Shown: piece after piece, positions 10,351-22,834 of the stretch
Layout of the letters: each line of letters opens with the position of its first letter
Position numbering within the stretch: the first letter of the stretch is position 1
NCBI RefSeq assembly: GCF_006345805.1
Contig: NC_043024.1
Location: 7,378,001 to 7,442,000, forward strand
From: Octopus sinensis
Taxonomy: Eukaryota
Length of the DNA: 64,000 nucleotides
Direction: 5' to 3'
The notes under the pieces: generated by a model
Database searches by the model: none
Seen by the model: the letters and a program-made list of their open reading frames with translations, nothing else
Told to the model about the DNA's origin: nothing
Position numbers and translations under genes: made by a program

Positions 10351-11190
10351 TGTACCTGAATAAAAGAAACCAGTTAGTCACTGGTGACAACTCATAGAGA
10401 GCTAACATCAGTTAGTGAACCAACCACTAGAATCATGGAAGCAGGCACTTTTCTCACGGTGGAACAATAGTTTTTCTCTGACAGCAGTTTTACATTTGCC
10501 AGATTGCCTTTAGCTAGGCCGAAATAATGTCTTCACCACTTGATGCTTATAACCTCTTCTACTACTTCACCAAAAGCTAGAATAGAAATATCACAGTACC
10601 ACCAACGGAGCCCATTGTTCCCAACAATATGTCTATCCTTCTGGATAGTTATAAAAGCAAGAACCCCCAAGCAAAAACCAGTTAGTCACTTTGGTGAAAC
10701 TCATAGAGAGCTAACATCAGTTAGTGAACCAACCACTTGAATCATGGAAGCAGGCAGACAAAATGGCCAGAGGGAAAAAAGAAAGACAATGTCCCACAAC
10801 CCTACAACTCTCACTAGCTCTAGTTCTGTTCTCTTACAACATAATTCTATCTCTCTCTGTAATTACTACTAAACGATGAAGAGGACACAAACACAAACTT
10901 TACTTCACATGCTTTTGGATTTATCAAAACCTGCCCATCGAGGCAAAGTATTGTAACATAATGGTAAATAAATATTTCCTTAAAACTTCATGCATTGTTC
11001 ATCTTTCACATCCTACAACTTGCCGTTATTACAACAAATTTTTATCGTTACAACTGCTGACTCTGACATTTCATATTATTGTGTACCTAATCAATCTTAC
11101 TCATTACAATTGGTAATTACACTAATTAAAACCTACCCGCAACAACTGGTGACCCTTGACTTCAACTAAAATCTTTATCATTATATATAT

Positions 11191-11392
11191 ATATATATAA
11201 AGTTAATCCAAACATGAAAGCACAAAAAAACACAACATGAGGACGTGGAACAAATATAGTATTATTGGACGTTCAGGAAAGAAGGAAAGAAGGAGGGTTT
11301 AACGTTTCAAGCGGAGCTCTTTGTAGGAAACATAGGAGAAGGAAAGATCTAGAGAAGGGAAGACAGAGGAAAAAAATCGCCAATGGTACACA
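11191..11392 (-). mobile_element. Penelope-like terminal fragment (same family as 7207-7410)
   Basis: Reverse-complement homology; hammerhead-like relic at 11297-11331; flanked by (TA)n. Confidence 0.6.
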
Positions 11393-11416
11393 TGCATATA
11401 TATATATATATATATA

Positions 11417-11625
11417 CTTTATTTAAAGCAGCAGAAAATTCAACAAAACCTGTTACTCTGAGTTTCCCGTTGCCGTTCATCGGACAGTTTTTGCTAGCAA
11501 CGGGAAACTCCGAGTAACAGGATTTGTTGAATTTTCTGCTGCTTTAAATAAAGCATATTACTCTACCACTGGTATTTGAGTACTCTTTTTTCCACCTTGT
11601 TTCACATTTATGTGTTTACTCCGGT
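11417..11625 (+). mobile_element. Short Penelope-like insertion with an inverted end (57-bp arms)
   Basis: 11417-11473 is the reverse complement of 11497-11553 (2 mismatches); in (TA)n. Confidence 0.6.
11450..11487 (-). ncRNA. Minimal type-I hammerhead-ribozyme-like motif
   Basis: CUGU-CCGAUGA-ACGGCAACGG-GAAA-CUC-A-GAG-UA-ACAG; stems I and III pair; U4C variant and imperfect stem II. Confidence 0.5.
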
Positions 11626-12065
11626 ATATATATATATATATATATATATATGTAGGCATGATCATTTATATGTAAATGAAAGTAATTGAGAAGTAAAGAA
11701 ATGGTTAGGAGAAGTGATAATATCAAACCTTGAAAGTGTTGTTCTTGCTTGGTTTGTTGTTTCTGTGGAGCCGACCGGGTTGTTGTGAAGGGAGAAATGG
11801 GGTTTGCTATTTATATGTTGTGACAATCGCACAAATACACGCATGTGCGTGCGCGCGCGGACACAAACACACTTTAACATGCAGATAAAAACCACTTGAA
11901 ACAAGTGTGTGTCCACATAGAATGTGTCTACATATGTAGGCATGTGTGTGTGTGTGCATGTATGTGTACACATAACCAACACACACACACATATATATGC
12001 ACATACATATATATACACAACTTCTAATTGAATTATACATATATATATATATAGATAGATAGATA

Positions 12066-12500
12066 TGGGTGCAGGCGTGACTGCGTGGTAAGTAGCTTGC
12101 TTACCAACAACATGGTTCTGGGTTCAGTCCCACTGCGTTGCACCTTGGGCAAGTGTCTTCTACTATAGCCCCGGGCTGACCAAAGCCCTTTGAGTGGATT
12201 TGGTAGACGGAAACTGAAAGAAGACCGTCGTATATATGTATATATATATGTGTAAAAATATATATATATGTATGTGTGTGTACATGTTTGTGTGTTCGAT
12301 TTTGTCCACCCAACATCGCTTAGGAACCGTTGCTGGTATGTTTACATCCCTGTAACTTAGTGGTTTGGCAAAAAAGACCAATAGAATAAGTACTAGGCTT
12401 ACGAAGAATAAGTCCTAGGGTCAATTTGTTCGACTAAAGGCGGTGCTCCAGCATGTCCACAGTCAAATGCCTGCAATGAGTAAAAGAATAAAAGAAAAGA
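12066..12500 (+). mobile_element. SINE family A
   Basis: Full-length match. Confidence 0.85.
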
Positions 12501-12504
12501 ATAT

Positions 12505-12513
12505 AAATATATA

Positions 12514-12589
<76 letters not shown>

Positions 12590-12614
12590 GTATGTATATA
12601 TATATATATACACA

Positions 12615-12697
<83 letters not shown>

Positions 12698-12712
12698 GTA
12701 TATATATATATA
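12505..12712. repeat. (TA)n/(TACA)n/(TATG)n microsatellite
   Basis: Directly visible. Confidence 0.95.
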
Positions 12713-12890
12713 ATTCGATTAGAATTTGTGGTAACCTTATGAAGGGATGGTTTTATCCTAGGAAATATTCGTATATATTTTTTTCAAATACAACTAAACA
12801 AAATCGAACATGCATAATTGTGTATGCGAGTGTATGAGTATATGCATATGTAAGTGTGCGTGTGTGTACGTTCTTATGTATGTGTATGTG

Positions 12891-12925
<35 letters not shown>

Positions 12926-13014
12926 CTATTTATATGCACACTTTTTGCATTCTTATAGTTTATTTCCACTAAAATAATTCTCACCCTCTGTGTCTAATAG
13001 CTTTTACATTAAAG

Positions 13015-13335
13015 ACTCCGCCGGTTACGACGACGAGGGTCCCAGCTGATACGATCAACGGAACAGCTTGCTCGTGAAATTAACGTGCAAATGGCTGAGC
13101 ATTCCACAGACACGTGTACCCTTAACGTAGTTCTCGGGGATAATCAGCGTGACACAGAGAGTGACAAGGCTGACCCTTTGAAATACAAGTACAACTCATT
13201 TTTGCCAGCTGAGTGGACTGGAGCAACGTGAAATAAAGTGTCTTGCTCAAGGACACAACGCGTCGCCGGGAATAGAACTCACAACCTTACGATCATGAGC
13301 CGAATGCCCTAACCACTAAGCCACGCGCCCTCACA
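13015..13335 (-). mobile_element. SINE family D
   Basis: tRNA-like head at about 13335; 3' end shared with family C. Confidence 0.8.
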
Positions 13336-13385
13336 GCTTTTACATACAACTAAATAAAATACTTTCCTTTTCCTTACACTTATGT

Positions 13386-14305
13386 GGCACCTTGGGCAAG
13401 TGTCTTCTACTATAGCCTTGGGCCAACCAAAACCTTGTGAGTGGATTTGGTAGACAGAAACTGAAAGAAGCCCGTCATATATATGTATATATATTTATAT
13501 GTGTGTGTGTATGTTTGTGTGTATGTGTTTGTCCCCCTAGCATTGCTTGACAACCGATGCTGGTGTGTTTATGTCCCCGTTACTTAGCGGTTCGGCAAAA
13601 GAGACCGATAGAATAAGTACTGGGCTTACAAAATAATAAGTCCAGGGTCGAGTTGCTCAATTAAAGGCGGTGCTCCGGCATGGTCACAGTCAAATGACTG
13701 AAACAAGTAAAAGAGTAAAAGAGTATACATATACACACGTAATTGATTATGAGTATATGAATAAATCGAAATCAAATTTGATGACTGGCATCCGTGCTAG
13801 TGGGGTGCAAAGGGCACCATACGAGCATGATCATTGACAGAGTGGCTATTGGCCTCTGTGCCAGTGGCACGTAAAGAGCACCATTTGCGTGTGATCATTA
13901 CCAGCGTCGCATTAGTGGCACTTGTGCCCCATGCTAGTAGGGTATTAAGAGCACCGTCTGAGTGTGATTATTGCCAGAGCGGCTATCTGGCCTCTATGCT
14001 AGTGGCACGTAAAAGGCACCATTCGAGAGTGATCGTTACCAGCATCACCTTACTGGCACGTGAAAAAACATTCGAGCGAGGTCGTTGCCAGCGCCGCCTG
14101 ACTGGCCCCAGTGCCGATGGCACATAAAAGCACCCACTACACTCTCGAAGTGGTTGGCATTAAGAAGGGCACCCAGCTGTGGAAACTCTGCCAGATCAAG
14201 ATTGGAGCCTGGTGCAGCCATCTGGTTCACCAGCCCTCAGTCAAATCGTCCAACCCATGCTAGCATGGAATGCAACATTAAACGATGATGATGATGATGA
14301 TGATG
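13386..14305 (+). mobile_element. 5'-truncated SINE A followed by an RTE-like 3' UTR with (GAT)n tail (duplication unit 1)
   Basis: Repeats at about +1007 bp. Confidence 0.8.
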
Positions 14306-14322
14306 AAGATATATATTTAAAC

Positions 14323-15122
14323 ATGCAGGAGTGGCTGTGTGGTAAGTAGCTTGTTTACCAACCACACGGTTCCGGGTTCAGTCCCACTGCGTGGCACCTT
14401 GGGCAAGTGTCTTCAACTATAGCCTTGGGCCAACCAAAACCTTGTGAGTGGATTTGGTAGACAGAAACTGAAAGAAGCCCGTCATATATATGTATATATA
14501 TTTATATGTGTGCATGTATGTTTGTGTGTCTGTGTTTGTCCCCCTAGCATTGCTTGACAACCGATGCTGGTGTGTTTATGTTCCCGTTACTTAGCGGTTC
14601 AGCAAAAGAGACCGATAGAATAAGTACTGGGCTTACAAAAGAATAAGTCCGGGGTCGAGTTGCTCAATTAAAGGCGGTGCTCCGGCATGGTCGCAATCAA
14701 ATGACTGAAAGAAGTAAAAGAGTAAAAGAGTATACATATATACAAACGTAATTGATTACGAGTATATGAAGAAATCGAAATCAAATTCGATGACTGGCAT
14801 CCGTGCTAGTGGGGTGCAAAGAGCACCATACGAGCTTGATCATTGACAGAGCGGCTAACTGGCTTCCGTGCCGGTGGCACATAAAGAGCTCCATTCGCAT
14901 GTGATCGTTACCAGCGTCGCATTACTGGCACTTGTGTCCCGTGCTAGTAGGGTATTAAGAGCACCATCTGAGTGTGATTATTGCCAGAGCGGCTATCTGG
15001 CCTCTATGCCAGTGGCACGTAAAAGGCACCATTCGAGAGTGATCGTTACCAGCGTCACCTTACCGGCACTTGTGTCGGTGGCACGTGAAAAAACATTCGA
15101 GCGAAGTCATTGCCAGTACTGC
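14323..15122 (+). mobile_element. SINE A followed by a truncated RTE-like 3' UTR (duplication unit 2)
   Basis: Same SINE-to-RTE junction as 13720-13790. Confidence 0.8.
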
Positions 15123-15275
15123 CAAACCGCTAAGTTACGGGGACCTAAGCACACCAGCATCGGTTGTCAAGTGATGTTGGGGGGACAAACACAGACACAC
15201 AAACATATACACACACATACATACATACATATATTATATATATATATATATTATATATTATATATATATATATAT

Positions 15276-15307
<32 letters not shown>

Positions 15308-15490
15308 ACATATATATATACATACATATTACGACGGGCTTCTTTCAGTTTCTGTCTACCAAATCCACTCACAAGGCTTTGGTCGGCCCGAGGCTATAGT
15401 AGAAGACACTTGCCCAAGGTGCCACGCAGTGGGACTGAACCCAGAACCATGTTGTTGGTGAGCAAGCTACTTACCACACAGCCACTCATA
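15123..15490 (-). mobile_element. SINE family A (partial, expanded TA)
   Basis: Reverse match to family A. Confidence 0.85.
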
Positions 15491-15874
15491 CACCTATATA
15501 TATGTATATATGTATATATACTGTGTGTTATGATTCTCAAGAAATAGTATAGAACTTGAACAGAGAGAGGAAAGATATTATTTCAAAAGGCATTTTAGGG
15601 TTTTTATTGTTGCTGTTGTTATTATTAAGGTGTCTAGCTCGCAGAATCGTTAGCATGCCAGGTGAAATGCCTGGCCATATTTCATCTGCTTCACGTTCTG
15701 AGTTCAAATTCTGCCATGATCGACTTTGCCTTTCATCCTTCAGGGTCAATATAATGAGTACCAGTTGAGTACTGGGGGTCAATGCAACCGAGTAAAACCT
15801 AGCCCGAAATTTCAGGCCTTGTGCTCATAGTAGAAAGGATTATTATTATTATTATTTTTTTGTATTAATTACGA

Positions 15875-15875
15875 G

Positions 15876-15906
<31 letters not shown>

Positions 15907-15969
15907 CACACGCATGACATACACTTTATATATATATACACACACACACATATATATATGTATATATAC

Positions 15970-16060
<91 letters not shown>

Positions 16061-16135
16061 TATATATATATATATATATATGTATATACACACGCATGAC
16101 ATACACTTTATATATATATATATAATATATATAAT
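15875..16135. repeat. (TA)n microsatellite with a duplicated 35-bp island
   Basis: gtatatacacacgcatgacatacacttta at about 15900 and 16082. Confidence 0.9.
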
Positions 16136-16139
16136 ATTA

Positions 16140-16460
16140 CCCATGCCGGTGACACGTAAAAAGCACCGTCCGAAAGTGGCAGATGCCAGCGCCGCCTGAC
16201 TGGCGTCCGTGTTGGTGACACGTAAAAGTACCAACCGATAGTGGCCGTTTGCCAGCCTCATCTGGCCCCTGTGTTAGTGGCACGTGAAAAGCACCCACTA
16301 CACTCATGGAGTGGTTGGCGTTAGGAAGGACATCCAGCTGTAGAAACACTACCAGATCAGACTGGAGCTTGGTGCAGCCTTCTGGCTTCCCAGACCCCGG
16401 TCGAACCGTCAAACCCATGCTAGCATGGAAAACGGACGTTAAACAATGAGGATGATGATA
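16140..16460 (+). mobile_element. RTE-like LINE 3' UTR
   Basis: Family 3' end and GAT tail. Confidence 0.8.
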
Positions 16461-16628
16461 TATATATATATAAATCTGTCTTGCCCACCTATTGTTCTTG
16501 TGTCCGTGGAATTTTTCGCTAGAGAACATTCTTTCTTTGTAGTTTGATCGTAGGTGCTCTATTTCTAGCATATGGCTGTCCACATAGTGGCTTTTAGCCC
16601 TTAAAACATACATATATATATATTTATA

Positions 16629-17052
16629 TGCGCAGGAGTGGCTGTGTGGTAAGTAGCTTGCTAACCAACCACGTGGTTCCGGGTTCAGTCCCACTGCATG
16701 GCACCTTGGGCAAGTGTCTTCTACTATAGCCTCGGGCCAACCAAAGCCTTGTGAGTGGATTTGGTAGGCGGAAACTGAAAGAAGCCCATCGTATATATGT
16801 ATATATATATATGTATTTGTGTGTATATGTTTGTATGCCTGTGTTTGTCCCCCACCCCCAACATCGCTTGACAACCGATGCTGGTGTGTTTATGTCCCCG
16901 TTACTTATCGGTTCAGCAAAAGAGATCGATAGAATAAGTACTGGGCTTACAAAAGAATAAGTCATGGGGTTGAGTTGCTCGATTAAAGGCGGTGCTCCAG
17001 CATGGCCGCAGTCAAATAACTGAAACAAGTAAAAGAGTAAAAGAGTAAAAGA
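16629..17052 (+). mobile_element. SINE family A
   Basis: Full-length match. Confidence 0.9.
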
Positions 17053-17584
17053 ATGTCATTGTTATGTTTGTATGGAAAAATGTGTGTGCGTGTAATGAGT
17101 TTGTTTAAGTGTGTGTAAGAATACTGTGTGTGTGTGTGTGTGTGTCTGTGCATGCGTGTGACAATTATTTATCAAGTCACAATCAGTTTTATTCATTTCA
17201 TGTAATCCATGTAATCCTATATATTTGTTTCATATTTGGGTTGTCCTCAACTCAAAGTGACACTTCTACTCATAGCCGTAAACTCAGCCAGACAAAATGA
17301 AGGCCGATGCAGAGCACGAATTATCCCAGCATTTAACCAGGACCCACTTAACGGCAGCATGCAAAGTTCTAATATGACAACGGTGAAGGTGGTGGAGGTG
17401 ATGAGGATGATCATGACAACAACAAAAGCAATGATGATGATGATGATGATGTTGAAAAGCATTGTTGTTCTTCTCCAGACATGGGAAGCTACCAAATATT
17501 CTTTTCTACTCTAGACACAAGACCCCAAATTTTTTTTTTGTGGAGACGGGGGTCGGGGGCCAGTATACAACTGGCACTTAATTT

Positions 17585-18580
17585 AAAGGCGGTGAGCTGG
17601 CAGAATCGTTAGCACGCCGGGCGAAATGCTTAGCGGTATTTCGTCTGCCGTTACGTTCTGAGTTCAAATTCCACCGAGGTCGACTTTGCCTTTCATCCTT
17701 TCGGGGTCGATTAAATAAGTACCAGTTACGCACTGGGGTCAATATAATCGACTGACTTAATCCATTTGTCTGTCCTTGTTTGTCCCCTCTGTGTTTAGCC
17801 CCTTGTGGGTAGTAAAGAAATAGGTACTTAATTTATCAACCCCCCAAGAGGATGAAAGGCAAAGTCGACCTCAGTGGAATTTGAACTCAGAATGTAAAGG
17901 TTGGCAAAGTTCCACTAAGCTATTTGCCCCACATGCTAACAGTTCTCTCAGCTTGCTGTCCTACACTTTTACTGCATATTAAACATGATAAACATAAATA
18001 AAAGGGAGTTTTTAAAACAATTGTTCGATTTTACTTTAATACAAAGTTAATTCTGGGACACCCAGAATTTGAACTCAGAACTTGAAGACAGACGAAATAC
18101 CTATTACTTTACTACGCACAAGAGGCTAAACACAGAGGGGACAAACAAGGACAGACAAGCAGATTAAGTCGATTACATCGACCCCTGTGTGTAACAGGTA
18201 CTTAATTTATCACCCCTGGCGAGCTGGCAGAAACTTTAGCATGCCGGGCGAAATGCGTAGCCGTATTCCGTCTGCCGTTACGTTCTGGGTTCAAATTCCG
18301 CCGAGGTTGACTTTGCCTTTCATCCTTTCGGGGTCGATAAATTAAGGACCAGTTACGCACTGGGGTTGATGTAAGCAACTTTATCCGTTTGTCTGTCCTT
18401 GTTTGTCTCCTCTATGTTTAGCCCCTTGTGGGTAATAACGAAACATAATTTATCGCCCCTGAAAGGATGAAAGGCAAAGTCGACCTCGGCGGAATTTGAA
18501 CTCAGAATGTAACGGCAGACAAAAAACCACTAAGCATTTCACCCAGTGTGCTAATGTTGCTGCCAACTCACTGCCTTAGA
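17585..18580. mobile_element. Nested cluster of family-B SINEs on both strands
   Basis: Plus copies at about 17585-17830 and 18217-18450 interleaved with minus-strand pieces. Confidence 0.75.
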
Positions 18581-18689
18581 AGCTTCCAAATATTAAAAGC
18601 AAATCAAGAAAAGGAAGAAACCATGAAGTAACCCAACGATTTGGAATTGGTGAATGAAGGGTTAATTTGAGGTATTGCTTGTTCCTTTT

Positions 18690-19030
18690 CGAGTCATGCC
18701 TGGCTCATAAGGGCAGGCTTCCCGGTTTCTTTGGCATATAGTTTTCCCACCTGGACGGGATGCCAGTTTGTTGCAGGTAAATGTTCCTTCTTGAACCATG
18801 CCAGGCTCATAAGGGCTGGCTTCCCGGTTTCAGTGGCGTACAAATTCCCCACCTGGATGGGACGCTGGTCCGTTGCAGAATTACTCATTTTTGCCTGCTG
18901 AGTGGACTGGTGCAACTTAAAAATGAAGTTTCTTGCTCAAGAACACAACACGTCGCCCGGTCCAGGAATTGAAACCACAACCTTACGATCATGAGTTCAA
19001 CACCGTAACCACTAAGCCATGTGCCTCCAC
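18690..19030 (-). mobile_element. SINE family D with a duplicated 3' end
   Basis: catgccaggctcataagggc...ttcccggtttc occurs twice; tRNA-like head at about 19030. Confidence 0.7.
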
Positions 19031-19280
19031 AAATTTGTGGTATAAGCAACAGGAAATATTGGTTTCAAATTTTGGCACAAGGCCAGCAATTTCAGGAGGG
19101 GAGGTAAATCGATTGCACTGACCCCAGTTCTCAACTGATACTTAATTTATTGACCCTGAAAAGAGGAAAGGCAATGTCAACACCATCAGTATTTGAACTC
19201 AGAACATTTACTTGGAAGAAATGCCTTTTGCACAACACAGTATCAATTCTGCTAACTCACCACGTTAATGAGAGGAAATA

Positions 19281-20224
19281 TTAACCCTTTCGATACCAAC
19301 CCAGCAGAAACCGTTTCTGGTTCTGTAGTACAAATGCCTTGTTTTCAAAAGTTCAGAATTAAAAATCTTCCACCGAACCTTAGTCACAATTTATGTTCCT
19401 AAAATTAGCTTAATGATAACTAAGTTATTTTACTAAATTCTTTGTTATAGTTAAAATTAATCGAAAGAAACACAGAGCATCTCAACAGAAATATGGTAAC
19501 AAAAGGGTTAACAAATGATTAATCTAACCCTTTTGATACCAACCTGGCTGATACCGCCTCTGGTTCTGAGTACAAATGTCTTGTTTACAAAAGCTCTGAA
19601 TTAAAATCTTCCACCAAATCTTAGTCACAATTTATGTTCCTAACACTAGCTTAATGATAACTAAGTTATTTTACTAAATCCTTTGTTATAGTTAAAATTA
19701 ATTGAAAGAAACACAGAGCATCTCAACAGAAATATGGTAACAAAAGGGTTAACAAATGATTAATCTAACCCTTTTGATACCAACCTGGCTGATACCGCCT
19801 CTGGTTCTGAGTATAAATGTCTTGTTTTCACAAGTTTTGAATTAAAGTCTTCCACGAAAACCTTAGTCACAATTTATGTACCTAACACCAGCTAAGTTAT
19901 TTCACTAAATTCTTTGTTATATTTAAAATTAATTGAAAGAAGCACAGAGCATCTCAAAATAAATGCAGTAATGAAAGGGTTAACAAATGATTAATCTAAC
20001 CCTTTTGATACCAACCTGGCTGAAACCGCCTCTGGCTCTGAGTACAAATGTCTTGTTTTCAAAAGTTCTGAATTAAAATCTTCCACCAAACTTTAGTCGC
20101 AATTTATGTTCCTAAAACTAACTGAATGATAACTAAGTTATTTTACTAAATTCTTTGTTATATTCAAAATTAATTGAAAGAAACACAGAGCATCTCAACA
20201 GAAATATGGTAACAAAATGGTTAA
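19281..20224. mobile_element. Four tandem copies of a ~225-bp piggyBac-type MITE
   Basis: TTAA|CCCTTT.GATACC...GGTAACAAAAGGG|TTAA termini; unit starts at 19285, 19528, 19769, 20000. Confidence 0.85.
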
Positions 20225-20489
20225 GAACTAGATTGAGAAATTAACAAGTGTTTTTATTAAAAACTGCAGTTTTTTGGAATTTGAAATAAAATTTCATAAA
20301 TATTTTTAGGTATGGGTGTGGCTGTGTGGTAAGAAGTTTGATTTCCAACCACATGGTTATGGGTTCAGTTCTGCTGTGTGGCACCTTAGGCAAGTGTCTT
20401 CTGCAACAGCCCTGTGGAGGTGCAATGGCCCAGTGGTTAGGGCAGCAGACTCACAGTCGTAAGAATGTGGTTTTGATTCCCAGATTCCC

Positions 20490-20950
20490 AGGGGTTTGGC
20501 TGGATATGTGGGTTTTGAAGATCCTATCCACCCACAAAGACCACTGAGCCATCCTGAAGATGTACCTCATCATAGGTGCAGAAAGAAACAGCATTAGACT
20601 GACAGTAAAGAGCAGAAGGCCTGGCTGTTACACATGTGGCAGTAAGGCCTGGGTGTTACACATGTGGCAGTAAGGCCTGGGTGTTACACATGTGGCAGTA
20701 AGGCCTGGGTGTTACACATGTGGCAGTAAGGCCTGGGTGTTACACATGTGGCAGTAAGGCCTGGTGTTACACATGTGGCAGTAAGGCCTGGGTGTTACAC
20801 ATGTGGCAGTAAGGCCTGGGTGTTACACATGTGGCAGTAAGGCCTGGCTGTTACACATGTGGCAGTAAGGCCTGGCTGTTACACATGTGGCAGTAAAAGT
20901 CACTTGAGGAGTTTCTGCCCTGAATGTTTGTTAAAACAGAGAAAGAATGG
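20490..20950 (+). mobile_element. Degenerate retroelement gag/ORF1-like fragment with a CCHC zinc knuckle
   Basis: Collapsing the minisatellite gives ...YLIIGAERNSIRLTVKSRRPGCYTCGSKSHLRSFCP (CX2CX4HX4C). Confidence 0.6.
20616..20895 (+). repeat. 28-bp minisatellite, 10 units (AAGGCCTGGGTGTTACACATGTGGCAGT)
   Basis: Units start at 20616, 20644, 20672, 20700, 20728, 20756, 20783, 20811, 20839, 20867. Confidence 0.95.
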
Positions 20951-20989
20951 AAGTGGTGGACAGCAGCAGACAATGACAATAACGACAGC

Positions 20990-21185
20990 AGTGTGGAAGC
21001 GCAATGGCCCAGTGGTTAGGGCAGCAGACTTGCACTCGTAAGACCACGGTTTCGATTCCCAGACCAGGCATTGTGAGTATTTATTGAGCAAAAACACCTC
21101 TGCACCACGAGGCTCCGGCGAGGGAGGGTGGTGAACCCCGCTGTACTCTTTCACCACAACTTTCTCTCACTCTTTCTTCCTACTT
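20990..21185 (+). mobile_element. SINE family C (partial)
   Basis: tRNA-like head and body. Confidence 0.8.
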
Positions 21186-21649
21186 TTTCTACAAAGCAGA
21201 GGAACCATGGTGTAACCCCCTATGGTGTGGTAAACGTTCAGACCCTAGTCTAGATTGCGAATCCTTTGTACCCCAGGATGGTTCAGCTCTCCACCTGTTA
21301 AAAGCCACCGTTTATGGAATGAGGATAACAACATAGCTTTCACGCCCGTGCAACCGCCAAGTCTATCGTATGTGGTGGGTGGATCTCCAAGTTGCCACAC
21401 GCATTCTTAGTAGCTTAGAGTAGGCTCGAATTAGAGATTATTCTTTGTGGCTGATGGCATGGGTCCTGATTGGAAGAAGAAGAAAGAAGACAACAGCCCC
21501 AGGTGAACCAAAGCTTATTAACTGAAGTTGGAGTTGGAGTTGCTAGATAGAAACTGAAAGAAGCCTGTCATATATGTGCATGTGTGTGTGTATATGCTTG
21601 TGTATGTGTGTGTGTGTGTGTGTTTGTGTTTGTTACCCCATCATCAACT

Positions 21650-21880
21650 ACTTATTTCTTTATTGCCCACAAGGGACTAAACATAGAGGGGACAAACAAG
21701 GACAGACAAAGGATTAAGTCGATTACATCGACCCCAGTGTGTAACTGGTACTTAATTTATCGACCCCGAAAGGATGAAAGGCAAAGTCGACCTTGGCGGA
21801 ATTTGAACTCAGAACGTAACGGTAGACGAAATACGGCTACGCATTTCGCCCGGTGTGCTAGCGATTCTGTCAGCTCGCCA
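21650..21880 (-). mobile_element. SINE family B
   Basis: Full reverse copy. Confidence 0.85.
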
Positions 21881-22240
21881 CCTTCATCAACTACTTGACA
21901 ATCAGTGTTGGTTGGTTTGTTTACATCCCTGTAACTCAATTGTTCAGCGAAAGGAAGAATGATAGAATAAAAGCCAGACACGAATAAAAAGAAAAAAATA
22001 AGAACTGGAGTGGAATTTGTTTGACTAAATCCTTGAAAGCAGTGCTCCAGTATGACCACAGTCTATGATTGAAACAAGGAAAAGAGGATTTGAGAAAGAA
22101 CACGTTTGCATGATTCCTAGAGAAATTATACATATTCAAGTGTCAAATCTGGAGAACAATTTGATTCCTGATTCCCCACTTCAAGACAAGATGTAATTAG
22201 CTTATACATTCTCTCTCTCTCTCTCTCCTTTACTATTTTA

Positions 22241-22626
22241 CTGGTTTCAGTCATTTGATTGCGGCCATGCTGGAGCACCGCCTTTAGTCGAGGAAATCGA
22301 CCCCCAGAACTTATTCTTTGTAAGCCTGAACTTATTCTATCGGTCTCTTTTGCCAAACCACTAAGTGACGGGGACATAAACACACCAGCATCGGTTGTCA
22401 AGCGATGTTGGGCGCGAACAAACAGAGACACACAAACACATACACATATATATACATATATACGACAGGCTTCTTTCAGTTTCCGTCTACCAAATCCACT
22501 CACAAGGCTTTGGTCGGCCTGAGGCTATAGTAGAAGACACTCGCCCAAGGTGCCACGCAGTGGGACTGAACCCGGAACCATGTGGTTGGTAAGCAAGCTA
22601 CTTACTACACAGCCACTCCTGTGCCT
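22241..22626 (-). mobile_element. SINE family A
   Basis: Full reverse copy. Confidence 0.9.
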
Positions 22627-22834
22627 ATGTATTACCATTCCATCAGTCTATGTCACAGAACTGATGTGTGCCACTGCAGTGGTTCTATGATGTACCTTTT
22701 ACCATTTTTCTTTTACTTGTTTCAGTCATTGGATTGTGACAATGCTGGGGTATCTCTTCAAGAATTCCTCTCAACATATGGTTATGATACTCCCCCACTA
22801 CTCCTGTTCAAATTGTCAACCACTAAATTAAGGA

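Noticed and set aside
17236-17514. 92-aa ORF in apparently unique sequence
   Set aside because: Non-ATG start, runs into GAT repeats, no recognisable motif
20616-20895. CRISPR-like regular 28-bp repeats
   Set aside because: No spacers, eukaryotic context, no cas genes; it is a minisatellite
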